DNA from: Candidatus Altiarchaeales archaeon
GTDB taxonomy: Archaea > Altiarchaeota > Altiarchaeia > IMC4 > SCGC-AAA252-I15
DNA length: 64,000 nucleotides
NCBI GenBank assembly: GCA_014727915.1
Contig: WJMO01000007.1
Coordinates: 33,773-97,772 of the forward strand
Reading direction: 5' to 3'
Position 1 is the stretch's first letter; each line of letters starts with the position of its first letter. The position numbers were made by a program, and so were the translations under genes. Below the pieces are notes generated by a model. That model was not told the DNA's origin and made no database searches. It saw only the letters and a list, made by a program, of their open reading frames with translations. Below, piece by piece: positions 10,386 through 19,438 of the stretch.

Positions 10386-11080
10386 ATGGTCTTGGTTACG
10401 TTGTTGTCGGTTTCTATGCTCTCGTTCACCGTGTCCAGGTAGTCTACGGTGACCGTTACGAACTCTCCGAACGTCGAGTTGAAGCTCAATGTGAGCGAAT
10501 CATATGCTTTAAGGGAGGATGTGCTGACGTTCAAGGTGGTGTCGTTCGTCAGCAGGGAGGTTTTGAAGTATGGTGAGTCGACGTGGGCGTCGTTGACTAT
10601 CTCCACCCAGGTGGTGTTGTCCACTATCACAAGGGAGCCGGGCACCACCTTCAGGTTGGGCAAGTGACATGTGACCTCAATGCCGGCTTTGTTGTTCTTT
10701 ATCCGGTTCCTCGTGTTCAACCCCTTGCTGAGGCAGTGGACTGATATGTTGGAGTCCATGACACGGGTCGTCCACGTCCTCTCACCCCACATCATCTCCA
10801 GCACGTTGCCCCGTATCACGATATCATATTCATAGTCGCCGTGGAGCCTGTTGGGCAGTGAGAAGTAGGAGTAGTATCCTGGACCCTGCTGGCCTATCAT
10901 GTTCACGTTGTCCTTCACGCTGGTGGCGACACGCCGAGCGTCGAGGAGCGTCTTTATCCTGCTGCTCTCGGCGGTCTTCTCCATGGCGATCAGGACTATC
11001 ACGCAGAATATCATGAGCAGGACCGATATGCCGATGATCAACTCCAAGCCTGTCTGCCCCCTTAGTCCGCGGCGTTCCAT
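10382..11080 (-). CDS. Pilin-like protein with C-terminal CARDB-like domain
   Basis: Start MERRGLRG|QTGLELIIGI at 11080; LPNLKV...VDYLDTVNESIETDNN. Confidence 0.8.
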   Translation of the reverse strand: MERRGLRGQTGLELIIGISVLLMIFCVIVLIAMEKTAESSRIKTLLDARRVATSVKDNVNMIGQQGPGYYSYFSLPNRLHGDYEYDIVIRGNVLEMMWGERTWTTRVMDSNISVHCLSKGLNTRNRIKNNKAGIEVTCHLPNLKVVPGSLVIVDNTTWVEIVNDAHVDSPYFKTSLLTNDTTLNVSTSSLKAYDSLTLSFNSTFGEFVTVTVDYLDTVNESIETDNNVTKTI

Positions 11081-11115
11081 CCCACTATAAATATGGTCAC
11101 ACATATCTTTAATTA
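11081..11115. promoter_or_regulatory. 35-bp divergent promoter region
   Basis: CTATAAATA on + and TTAATTAAAG on -, each about 25 nt before the respective start codon. Confidence 0.5.
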
Positions 11116-14100
11116 ATGAGGAAACTGGCTTTTGCACTCGCATTTCTAGCTTTAACCAATGTCGTGTGGTCCCAGAGCTGGGAGACGTTCAGGGGGGACT
11201 ACCTGCGCACTGGTGAGTCCACCGCAGAGTCGTCCTTCAGCTTCGACGACTTCAACATACTATGGCATTTCCAGACCGGGGAGGCGGTCAGGGGCCCTCC
11301 GAGCGTGGCCGACATAGACGGGGATGGGGTCCGCGACATAGTATTCGGTTCGGACGACGACCACCTCTATGTGCTGGACGACCGTGGCAGGCTGAAGTGG
11401 GAGTATGAGACAGGCGGCAACGTCCGCTCAGCGCCCACATTGGTTGACGCTGACGGTGACGGCAGCGTTGACGTGTTGTTCGGTTCGGATGACGGGTACC
11501 TTTACATGCTGGACAACGAAGGCAATCTGACGTGGAAGTATGAGACAGGGGGGATGGTCCGTAGTTCCCCCCTAGTCGAGGACCTTGGCGGCACGACCGT
11601 CAAGGAGATCGTCTTCGGTTCGGGAGACAGCAGGGTATACTGCCTGAACCCGTCCGGTGAGAAGCTGTGGGAGTACAAGACTGCAGAGTCTGTGTACTCG
11701 TCTCCTGCCCTCTATGACATGGACAATGACGGGGAGGACGAGATCGTGTTCGGGTCGGACGATAACATAGTATACATAATCAAGCACCCCCCGCATAAGG
11801 TCTGGACCTACCAGACATCGGGGGACATAAGCTCTACGCCCGCGATAGACAGGTCGGGGAATGTCGTGGCGGGGTCGGGGGATAAGAGGCTTTACAGGCT
11901 CCACATAACCAGCCGTGGAGTTTCCGAGTCCAGGAGGGTTTGGAGCGGGACTGAATGGACGACCGAGAGGATAAGCATAACGGGGCTGGTGCAGATGTGG
12001 AACCACACGCTAGGGGGGAAGGTATCGACTTCGCCGGCGTTGGGCAACATTTACAACACGGACGGCACATATGGGGCTTTCGTCGGCGGCGACGACGGTG
12101 TGCTGTACATGGTCTACATAAACGGCAGCAGAAGCAGAATATACAGCGTCTCAAAGCCCATAGAATCCTCCCCCGCTGTGGGGGACCTGAACGGCGACAA
12201 CATAACAGACATCGTCTTCGGCACAAACGACAATAAAGTTTTCATAATAAATCATCCGGGTAGGAGCGTGTTCACATTCGAGACTGGCGGCCCGGTGAGG
12301 TCCTCCCCCGCGCTGGCAGACCTTGTGGGCGACGGCACATTGGAGGTTATGGTAGGCTCCGACGACGGTAAGCTATACATATTCGGCGACTCCAGGAGCA
12401 TGAGCGTGCACGTCGGCTACACATACTACCAGACCGCGCTGAAATACTATGGGGTGGGGGACATAGAAAACGCGAAAAGGTTCATTGAAGGGGCGAAGAC
12501 CAGGTTCAACCGGGCTGACTACACTGAGGGCATAAGCGAATGCAACAGCTTGCTGGGCAGGATAGAGGGGGACAGCCACTATAACAAAGCCCAGGACCTG
12601 TACTTGGACGGGGACTTGAGGGGAGCTCGCGAGGAGGTCGAGACCGCGGCGGAGGTTTACTTCAGAGCCGGGGACGAATATGGGTTTGAGCGTGCGGACC
12701 GGCTTTTCATAAGGATAGAGGCCGACACATACTACGAGGAAGCCCAGTACTACTACAATCTTGGACTGTACCAGAACGCTTCAGAGTACATCGAGGCTGC
12801 CCGGAGATACTATGCGAGCATAAACTACACAGAGGGGGTTGAGATGTCAACGCAGATGTACAACGTATCACAGACTCATGGGAAAGCGGACATATACTTC
12901 GAGGACGGGATAACATCCCGGAAGGAGGGGAAATACGACGTTGCGGAGATGTACTTCGGGCTTGCGAGGCTGTCATACGAGCTTGCCGGGGACATGGAGA
13001 ACGCCAACATAACAAGCCATTACATAAACACCGTGAAAGGCGACCAGTACTTCCAGAACGCCATGGAATACCTTAACGCAGGGGACTATGCCAGGGCTGT
13101 CGAAGAGGCTGAAGTGGCGATGCGGTACTTCCGCAACGGAAGCGGGGAGGACACCAACAAGGTTGACGTGCTCTATGAGAGGGTGAAATGGCTCGCTCAA
13201 GCAAATGACCTTTATGAGAAGGCGGAGAAGCATTATACTGCGGCAGACTTCGAGGCAGCCATCGAATACGCGGACAAGGCCATGGTCTTATACAACACCT
13301 CGGGAGACTTGGAAGGCTACACAAGATCTGAGAGGCTATACCAGCGCGCTTCCAGGGCGGCGGGTTCGGGAGGGGGCGGGATATTCCCTGAGGACCTTCC
13401 GCTGGTTCCTGCCCTCATGATCGTGTCATCTCTGGCTGCAATAGGGTACATGCTGTCAAAGAGGAGGAAGCCGCGCAGGTGGTTCATAGGAGGGTGGCGC
13501 AGGTACGGGCGATTCATAGCAGCATACACTATTGTCCCGGCAGGCAGGAGCATAAGCCTAATACCCCCGAAGAGGCTTGCGGAGAAGCTCAGCAGGAGAA
13601 GCGTCCTATTGGAGGGAGGAGCAGGGGATCGTGCGAAGGTGGACGTCGCAGGCGCAAAGCCGACGAAGAGGCCATCACCTATCGGGGCGCAAACACAAGA
13701 ACATGGCAAACAGACAACACCAGCCATACCGCAAACGCCGAGACCGCCATTACCCCCAAGCAGGAGAAGGCCGCCCTCCACCAAAGAGAGGATAAGACAC
13801 AAACTCAGAAAGATACTAGGAATAAAACCCAAACACCCCAGACCACCACAGCCAAGAACACCGCCAAAGAGGGGAATAACAGCACCTCAACATCAGATGA
13901 GACCATCAGGCCCTCCAACCCACAGGAGAAGGCCGCCCTCCACCAAAGAGAGGATAAGACACAAACTCAGAAAGATACTAGGAATAAAACCCAAACACCC
14001 CAGACCACCACAGCCAAGAACACCGCCAAAGCCTGCAGGAATTAAACAGCCAGCCGGGCATCCTGGTGTCAAACCCCAGGCCAAGGCCAGCAAGCCCAAG

Positions 14101-14502
14101 AGGATTCTTCCGCCCAAGCCGACAGATTCTCTTCCCAAGTCAGAGCCTGAAAACGCCTTCAAGCCTCCCCGAACATCGGATGCGGCAGGAGAAGAAAAGG
14201 AGGGGAAAAAGGCGAGGGCAGGCAGGGAGGCCAGGATAGGGTTGGAACATAGGATACAGCTCATGGACAGGGAGAAGACAGAAGAACCCCCGGCGGAAGA
14301 GGAGGAGACCGAAGAGAAGCACAAGGAGAGAAAAGATGACGCGGGGAAGAGCCTGTTCACATCAGAAGACGACAGGTTCGCTGTGATGCTCTGGAACATC
14401 AGGGACACCCTCCGGAACCTGCTGGGAGGAGCCAAGAAGGAGAAGAGGCGCAAACACAGGGTAGTGCTGCTGCCAAGAGACAAGAAAGACAGAGTAGACT
14501 AA
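11116..14502 (+). CDS. Membrane-anchored FG-GAP/PQQ-like beta-propeller + TPR protein with basic Pro-rich cytoplasmic tail
   Basis: Signal peptide; repeated WxYETGGxVRSSP...DxDGDG..DIVFGSDD blades; TPR-like helices; TM LVPALMIVSSLAAIGYML. Confidence 0.8.
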   Translation: MRKLAFALAFLALTNVVWSQSWETFRGDYLRTGESTAESSFSFDDFNILWHFQTGEAVRGPPSVADIDGDGVRDIVFGSDDDHLYVLDDRGRLKWEYETGGNVRSAPTLVDADGDGSVDVLFGSDDGYLYMLDNEGNLTWKYETGGMVRSSPLVEDLGGTTVKEIVFGSGDSRVYCLNPSGEKLWEYKTAESVYSSPALYDMDNDGEDEIVFGSDDNIVYIIKHPPHKVWTYQTSGDISSTPAIDRSGNVVAGSGDKRLYRLHITSRGVSESRRVWSGTEWTTERISITGLVQMWNHTLGGKVSTSPALGNIYNTDGTYGAFVGGDDGVLYMVYINGSRSRIYSVSKPIESSPAVGDLNGDNITDIVFGTNDNKVFIINHPGRSVFTFETGGPVRSSPALADLVGDGTLEVMVGSDDGKLYIFGDSRSMSVHVGYTYYQTALKYYGVGDIENAKRFIEGAKTRFNRADYTEGISECNSLLGRIEGDSHYNKAQDLYLDGDLRGAREEVETAAEVYFRAGDEYGFERADRLFIRIEADTYYEEAQYYYNLGLYQNASEYIEAARRYYASINYTEGVEMSTQMYNVSQTHGKADIYFEDGITSRKEGKYDVAEMYFGLARLSYELAGDMENANITSHYINTVKGDQYFQNAMEYLNAGDYARAVEEAEVAMRYFRNGSGEDTNKVDVLYERVKWLAQANDLYEKAEKHYTAADFEAAIEYADKAMVLYNTSGDLEGYTRSERLYQRASRAAGSGGGGIFPEDLPLVPALMIVSSLAAIGYMLSKRRKPRRWFIGGWRRYGRFIAAYTIVPAGRSISLIPPKRLAEKLSRRSVLLEGGAGDRAKVDVAGAKPTKRPSPIGAQTQEHGKQTTPAIPQTPRPPLPPSRRRPPSTKERIRHKLRKILGIKPKHPRPPQPRTPPKRGITAPQHQMRPSGPPTHRRRPPSTKERIRHKLRKILGIKPKHPRPPQPRTPPKPAGIKQPAGHPGVKPQAKASKPKRILPPKPTDSLPKSEPENAFKPPRTSDAAGEEKEGKKARAGREARIGLEHRIQLMDREKTEEPPAEEEETEEKHKERKDDAGKSLFTSEDDRFAVMLWNIRDTLRNLLGGAKKEKRRKHRVVLLPRDKKDRVD
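13761..14031 (+). repeat. 109-bp exact direct repeat (13761-13869 and 13923-14031), in frame
   Basis: Both copies encode RRRPPSTKERIRHKLRKILGIKPKHPRPPQPRTPPK; period 162 bp. Confidence 0.95.
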
Positions 14503-14831
14503 CGGTTGGGGTTCTTCTCACGCGCATAGGGCAGGTATGAGACATAACCGCATCTGAGGCATTTCACCTCTAAACGCTTCTCCCGGGAATTCAGCCTCTT
14601 ACGGCTGTTATTAGAGGCCAGGTAGGATTTGCACCTCCGACAGTACCTCATCTTCAGCTCCCGGGGCATCCGCACATTGCACCTCAAGCCTATGATATGC
14701 GCCTGACGAACCCTGGAGGTCGCAGAGTCATAGTCTCCATCGGCCGCCAGCTCACCGGCCTGGTCGAAGAGGATGCGTATCCGCTCCAACGCGATCTTTT
14801 TTTGATCGGCTTTGTCCCTCGGACGCGCCAT
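14499..14831 (-). CDS. rnp4: RNase P protein component Rpp21
   Basis: IALERIRILF, YCRRC...CLRCG zinc ribbon. Confidence 0.93.
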   Translation of the reverse strand: MARPRDKADQKKIALERIRILFDQAGELAADGDYDSATSRVRQAHIIGLRCNVRMPRELKMRYCRRCKSYLASNNSRKRLNSREKRLEVKCLRCGYVSYLPYAREKNPNR

Positions 14832-14875
14832 GTTTATTTATAGCAGGAGGTGAAGATAATAAAAGGGATGGGAGA

Positions 14876-15052
14876 ATGCCTGCACCAACGACCGAAAGGA
14901 AAAGAGAAAACGTGGGGGGAGACGAGCTGGTATCGCCCATAGGCGAGCCAGAACTGGAAGTGATGCAGAGCCTGAACGTGCTAGCCAGCCCAGCCAGCAG
15001 ATACGGTATCGAAAGGATAAGAAAGGCAGGGTTCAAAACAGAGCAAAGATGA
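14876..15052 (+). CDS. Small hypothetical protein (58 aa)
   Basis: MPAPTTERKREN...GFKTEQR; stop overlaps the next ATG (ATGA); below the ORF-track cutoff. Confidence 0.45.
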   Translation: MPAPTTERKRENVGGDELVSPIGEPELEVMQSLNVLASPASRYGIERIRKAGFKTEQR

Positions 15053-15351
15053 CAGAAGACCTAAAGCCCATATTCTCAGATGAAAGGGTTGATGAACTTC
15101 TACGGAGATACGGGTCAAGACTCAGGAGGATACCATTCACAGTGGATGGGATACCGTCCGATGAGGAGGTGAAGCTGACAAAGGACATATGGGCGGCGCT
15201 CACCGACGGGGAGAGAGGACATGCGTTGGATAACATAAGCCATATGGTCTCGGAAGAGGAGGGCATACCCTTAGAGGACCTGCCAGACCAGACACCCTAT
15301 GCTATGAGGCTGACACACCGGTTCCTAAGGATAGAATCCACCGAAGACTAA
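15049..15351 (+). CDS. Hypothetical protein
   Basis: 100-aa ORF with plausible composition, fills the gap. Confidence 0.6.
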   Translation: MTEDLKPIFSDERVDELLRRYGSRLRRIPFTVDGIPSDEEVKLTKDIWAALTDGERGHALDNISHMVSEEEGIPLEDLPDQTPYAMRLTHRFLRIESTED

Positions 15352-16382
15352 GTAAGTTTCTTGCAGCCTCTCCTCGTCAGCAATACCGTATCCTCGAAGC
15401 GCACCCCAAATCGTCGGGGCAGGTATATGCCAGGCTCGACCGTGAACACCATCCCCGGCTTCAAGCGCACGTTAGCGCCGGGCCTGAAGTTCGGGCCTTC
15501 GTGTATCTCCAAACCCACGCCATGGCCTGATAGGTGGTGGAAGTTATAACCTGCCGCCTTGATACTCTCATCCACGTACTTGTGAACGGAAGAGGCTTGG
15601 ATCCCGGGGCGTATCAAGTCTATGGTCTCGTCCCTCAGCCTGCGGATTAGATCCGAGACCCTCCGCTCATCCGAGTTCAACGATCCTGCCGAGAGGGTGC
15701 GGGTCATGTCAGAATGGTATCCACGGTACACCGCTCCCAAGTCCACAACAACCGGCCCCCTGCTTATCCGCTTATTGGATGGCCGGGCATGGATGTCGGC
15801 ACTGCGTTTACCCGAAGCCAATAGCATCCCACAGTCGAATGGGGGGCGTTCGGAACCGCGGCGCCGGAGCTCAGCCTCGATTTCTGCTACGGCATCCAAC
15901 TCCCTGACCCCCACGTCAACCACCTCCCGCGCCTTCCGCATCCCAAGCTTGGCTATCCTAGCGGACCTTCTTATGCGGTCAATCTCCTCTTTGGTCTTGA
16001 CCGACCGGGCCGACTTCGCCGAAGCAGAGACGACCACCTTCTTCCGTGAGGCCTTCCTAATGGGAGCCACATATTCCGCCGAGGACACGCCAATGCTCTT
16101 GGAGCGGAGACACCTCAAAGTCCGCTTAAGATCGGATTCATCGTGGACGCGGACCTCCAGGGGATACCCGCGCATGGAATATGTGGATTCATAGAGTTCA
16201 TAGTAGACGTCCTTGACCCACAGTATCGCAGAGTCTTTCGTTATGAGAATGCGGCCTGTATCCTTCCCTGAGAGGTAGAATGCGTCAAAGTCCTTGTTGA
16301 CGTACAATGCCGTCAACCTCTCCCTTCGCATTTCACCCCGGACCTTGGAAAGGCGACGCCTCAACTCCGCAGACTTTATCAT
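15348..16382 (-). CDS. Xaa-Pro aminopeptidase/prolidase (M24B)
   Basis: VVDLGA..GYHSDMTRT, HLSGHGVGLEIHE, FTVEPGIY, GVRFED. Confidence 0.93.
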   Translation of the reverse strand: MIKSAELRRRLSKVRGEMRRERLTALYVNKDFDAFYLSGKDTGRILITKDSAILWVKDVYYELYESTYSMRGYPLEVRVHDESDLKRTLRCLRSKSIGVSSAEYVAPIRKASRKKVVVSASAKSARSVKTKEEIDRIRRSARIAKLGMRKAREVVDVGVRELDAVAEIEAELRRRGSERPPFDCGMLLASGKRSADIHARPSNKRISRGPVVVDLGAVYRGYHSDMTRTLSAGSLNSDERRVSDLIRRLRDETIDLIRPGIQASSVHKYVDESIKAAGYNFHHLSGHGVGLEIHEGPNFRPGANVRLKPGMVFTVEPGIYLPRRFGVRFEDTVLLTRRGCKKLT

Positions 16383-16481
16383 AGTATATTAATAGGAACA
16401 TGGAATAAGAACCTTGTTCTGTTTTTAAGGCCTACCGACAATAACTTACCATATTGTTTTTTAAAATTACAGGTGTTTTTT

Positions 16482-16697
16482 ATGAAACCTGCGAAACCAC
16501 TTGATGCCTTAAAGGAATTGAACGAAACACAGATCCTGGTTAGATTGAAGAATGGCATGGAGATACAGGGCAAGCTGAAAGCCTATGACATACACATAAA
16601 TCTCGTGCTTGAAGACGCTGAATTCCAAGACGGAGACGTCAACAAGAAATTCAAGCACCTCTTCCTGCGGGGAGACATGGTATTGTTCATAAGCTGA
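16482..16697 (+). CDS. Sm-like archaeal protein (SmAP/Lsm)
   Basis: VRLKNG..IQGKLKAYDIHINLVL, LRGDMV; conserved position upstream of rpl37e. Confidence 0.93.
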   Translation: MKPAKPLDALKELNETQILVRLKNGMEIQGKLKAYDIHINLVLEDAEFQDGDVNKKFKHLFLRGDMVLFIS

Positions 16698-16739
16698 TAG
16701 GCCTTTTTTATATGCGGATACCGTATATTGTAGGTTGAG

Positions 16740-16910
16740 ATGACTAAGGGAACCCCAAGCCTAGGCAAGCGCGGGAAGAGGAAGACCCACGTTAATTGCC
16801 CCCGTTGCGGAGGCAAAAGCTACCATCAACGGAAGAAGGAATGCGCATCCTGCGGATTCGGAAGGAGCAAGCGGATGAAGTCCAAAAACCCGCCAAAACG
16901 GAAGAGATAG
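16740..16910 (+). CDS. rpl37e: 50S ribosomal protein L37e
   Basis: Hand translation [46 protein letters not shown]; 56 aa, missed by the ORF track. Confidence 0.97.
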   Translation: MTKGTPSLGKRGKRKTHVNCPRCGGKSYHQRKKECASCGFGRSKRMKSKNPPKRKR

Positions 16911-16916
16911 GTTTCT

Positions 16917-18827
16917 TCAGCTTTCCATTATCAGCTTACCGTCCCTGAACCGGAACTTGTACTTGGACAGCATGTGAACGGTCACCCAAGCCGTCATCAG
17001 CGCCAACAGTACGGGTATCTTCAGGTGGTCCGCGATCTTAGCCTCCCGGAACCTGTCGAGGGTGTCAACTCCGGAATCGCATTTCACATCGAGCTGAAGG
17101 TTGTTGCGGGCGAATGTCCCCCAGACCATCTGGTTGGCGACCCACTCATCACGGGCGCATAAATCGTCGAATACACTCTCCAGGTAGGCCTTTGACCTGA
17201 ATAGCATGTCCGTGCACTGTCTTGTGTCGTTGAACAGCAGGGTCGTGTAATGTCGGACGTGCTTCACATCCCTGAACGTCGGGAGGTAGATGACACAGTA
17301 CCTGCCGGCCACCGACCTGTCCAATATGTTGAAGGCGTGCATTATCTGCGTGTCATAGGACTTGGGGCTTATGAATATCATACCGTACTTGCCAGACGAT
17401 ATCTCATCCGCCAGCTGCTCCTCCAAAGCCGTCGAGTCGGAGTAGGTGCCTTCAGATGCGTTATAGTGCTTCAAGCCGGGCACGAAACCCAAGTCTATGC
17501 TGCGCTCTTCCTCTGGAGGGTTGTTGCGGCTGTCGACGAGGGACATGTCCAGGTTGGGGGTGCGTTCCGAAAGCAGGTCGCGCATCTCCCGGTCTGCCAG
17601 CACCCAGCCCGTGTTAGGGGGGATCAGGAAATACACTCCGTCAATCCTATCCTCCATCAGTGCGACATCAGAGGCCAGGCCGCGGGTGTAGGGGGTGTAG
17701 AGGGATATCATCTTCCTTGTCGGAGGCTGGCCATAGAGGTGGAATTCACCGTAGAAGACTGCAGCCAACAGCATTATGAAAGCCGCCTGAATACGGAGGT
17801 CCTCCTTGCGCAGCGAGTTGAGATATCTGCCGGAGATTATCATCAGGAAGAACAGGGGGAATATGACGTAATGGGATGCGAACAGGTAGGAGGTGGTGGC
17901 AACCGGCTTATACCTTGAGACGAATGTTGTGGCAGATGCGATAACATATACCAAGGCGGTAGGGTCACGCGACCGTAGATAATATAATATAGAGGCTAGG
18001 ACGAGAACGTAGAATATCATCGTGTTACCCTCTGCCAGGGGGTTGGTGAGGATTATGTCACGCGCCGCCTGGGCATAGCTCATCTCCTCGCTGTGAACGT
18101 GGCTGAACAGGGTGTAGACGAATATCTGAGGGTATAAGAGCTTCAAAGCAAGGACCGCCACTAGAAAAGGGAATAGCAGGGCAGCAGCGTTCTTGAAGAA
18201 GGAGCTGTCGACTTCGAAGCTCACGTCCAAGCCCCTCCTACCCCCTATCGAAAGGCTGAAGTGGGATATGAAATAGACCACCAGTATCCCAGCCAAACCG
18301 GACAATGCGACGACCTTGCTTGCCAGAGAAAGCATGAATAGGAGGGACGCGACAGCCACCCTGCGAACCCCCATGCCCGATTTTAGGATGTGATAGCCGG
18401 ACATCATGAAAGCCGCGGCCAGTAGGGTGGCAAGGTTCCCCACGGTAAGGGGCAGTATGACCAGACAGTACATTGCAGACAATGTGTGGTTTACCTCGTC
18501 TCTCCCGGATTTCACAAGCGATAGTATGAAAACCAGGCACATGATGTTAAGTGCTATTGAGAGCAGGGTTGATGCCGCCTGGAGGTGGCCGAACGAGATT
18601 AAAGAAAGCACTGCACCGACCGCGTAGACCACCGGGGGCTGGGCGCACTCCGGCTGGCCCCCGTAGAGGCTGCCATCGAGGAAGTGGTCTATGCACCGGA
18701 CCCACCGGTACTGGTAGCCGGCAACCTGGAAATAGCTCACAATGGAAAACGAGAGCAGAACCGCCAAAACAGCGAAAACCAAGGCGGACCTGCGAACATG
18801 CAATTGCAAACCAGCCAGCGAACCCAT
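16917..18827 (-). CDS. Polytopic membrane protein, GT-C glycosyltransferase-like; paralog of 21063-22907
   Basis: About 10-12 TM segments; GSLYGGQPECAQPPVVY loop; SLASK helix; Cys-containing C-terminal extracellular domain. Confidence 0.6.
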   Translation of the reverse strand: MGSLAGLQLHVRRSALVFAVLAVLLSFSIVSYFQVAGYQYRWVRCIDHFLDGSLYGGQPECAQPPVVYAVGAVLSLISFGHLQAASTLLSIALNIMCLVFILSLVKSGRDEVNHTLSAMYCLVILPLTVGNLATLLAAAFMMSGYHILKSGMGVRRVAVASLLFMLSLASKVVALSGLAGILVVYFISHFSLSIGGRRGLDVSFEVDSSFFKNAAALLFPFLVAVLALKLLYPQIFVYTLFSHVHSEEMSYAQAARDIILTNPLAEGNTMIFYVLVLASILYYLRSRDPTALVYVIASATTFVSRYKPVATTSYLFASHYVIFPLFFLMIISGRYLNSLRKEDLRIQAAFIMLLAAVFYGEFHLYGQPPTRKMISLYTPYTRGLASDVALMEDRIDGVYFLIPPNTGWVLADREMRDLLSERTPNLDMSLVDSRNNPPEEERSIDLGFVPGLKHYNASEGTYSDSTALEEQLADEISSGKYGMIFISPKSYDTQIMHAFNILDRSVAGRYCVIYLPTFRDVKHVRHYTTLLFNDTRQCTDMLFRSKAYLESVFDDLCARDEWVANQMVWGTFARNNLQLDVKCDSGVDTLDRFREAKIADHLKIPVLLALMTAWVTVHMLSKYKFRFRDGKLIMES

Positions 18828-18894
18828 GGTAAACCAGAATTAAGATGTTTTAAAAGATAAAAGCATAAGAGATATACTCCTGAGAGAACACCAG

Positions 18895-18969
18895 GGGCTC
18901 GTGGTCTAGTCCGGTTATGACATCGCCTTGACGTGGCGAGGATCCCCGGTTCGAATCCGGGCGAGCCCA
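18895..18969 (+). tRNA. tRNA-Val(GAC)
   Basis: Acceptor GGGCTCG/CGAGCCC; anticodon arm TCGCC-TTGACGT-GGCGA; T-loop GGTTCGAATCC; CCA not encoded. Confidence 0.97.
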
Positions 18970-19003
18970 CTCATCTGGAATCGTTAGCCACATAATATCA
19001 CAT

Positions 19004-19117
19004 ACTCGCACGGATAAGCGAGTCCGACAGGACGAGCAGGATCCGGGCGAGCCCAAGAACGGCCCGCTCCGTTCACACGCGGAGCGGATGGAGGGGTTTC
19101 GTTTCACTCAACCCCTC
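19004..19117 (+). repeat. Duplicated tRNA 3' end (19041-19055) among three hairpins
   Basis: ATCCGGGCGAGCCCA equals 18955-18969; stems ACTCGC/GCGAGT, CCGCTCCG/CGGAGCGG, GAGGGGTT/AACCCCTC. Confidence 0.8.
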
Positions 19118-19438
19118 ATGCACTTCATCATTTGTTTAAAGTACCTTTCAGGACAAAAAAGGCGGGAAAGCACATGCATGATCGGCTATTTTCGGTTATA
19201 TAGTAAGCAGAGGGAAGGACAGAGTAAAGGATGGGAACCGTAGGTGCCCTGCCCTTATTTTTAATTTTTTTGTGTTTTTTTATGAACTATTGTTATTTTT
19301 TGTCGATATTTGGGGTTGATCGTTTTCTTGTTTTTTTGTTGGTGTGGGTTTTCCCTGGTTTCCGCTGGGTTGCTGTGTATTTTTAATGCTTGTTTCCCGT
19401 AGTATATGACAACATTTTAGATTATAGGTGTTTTTAAG

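Noticed and set aside
19255-19400. T/G-skewed low-complexity tract
   Set aside because: No periodic unit or ORF; consistent with an ordinary intergenic/promoter region
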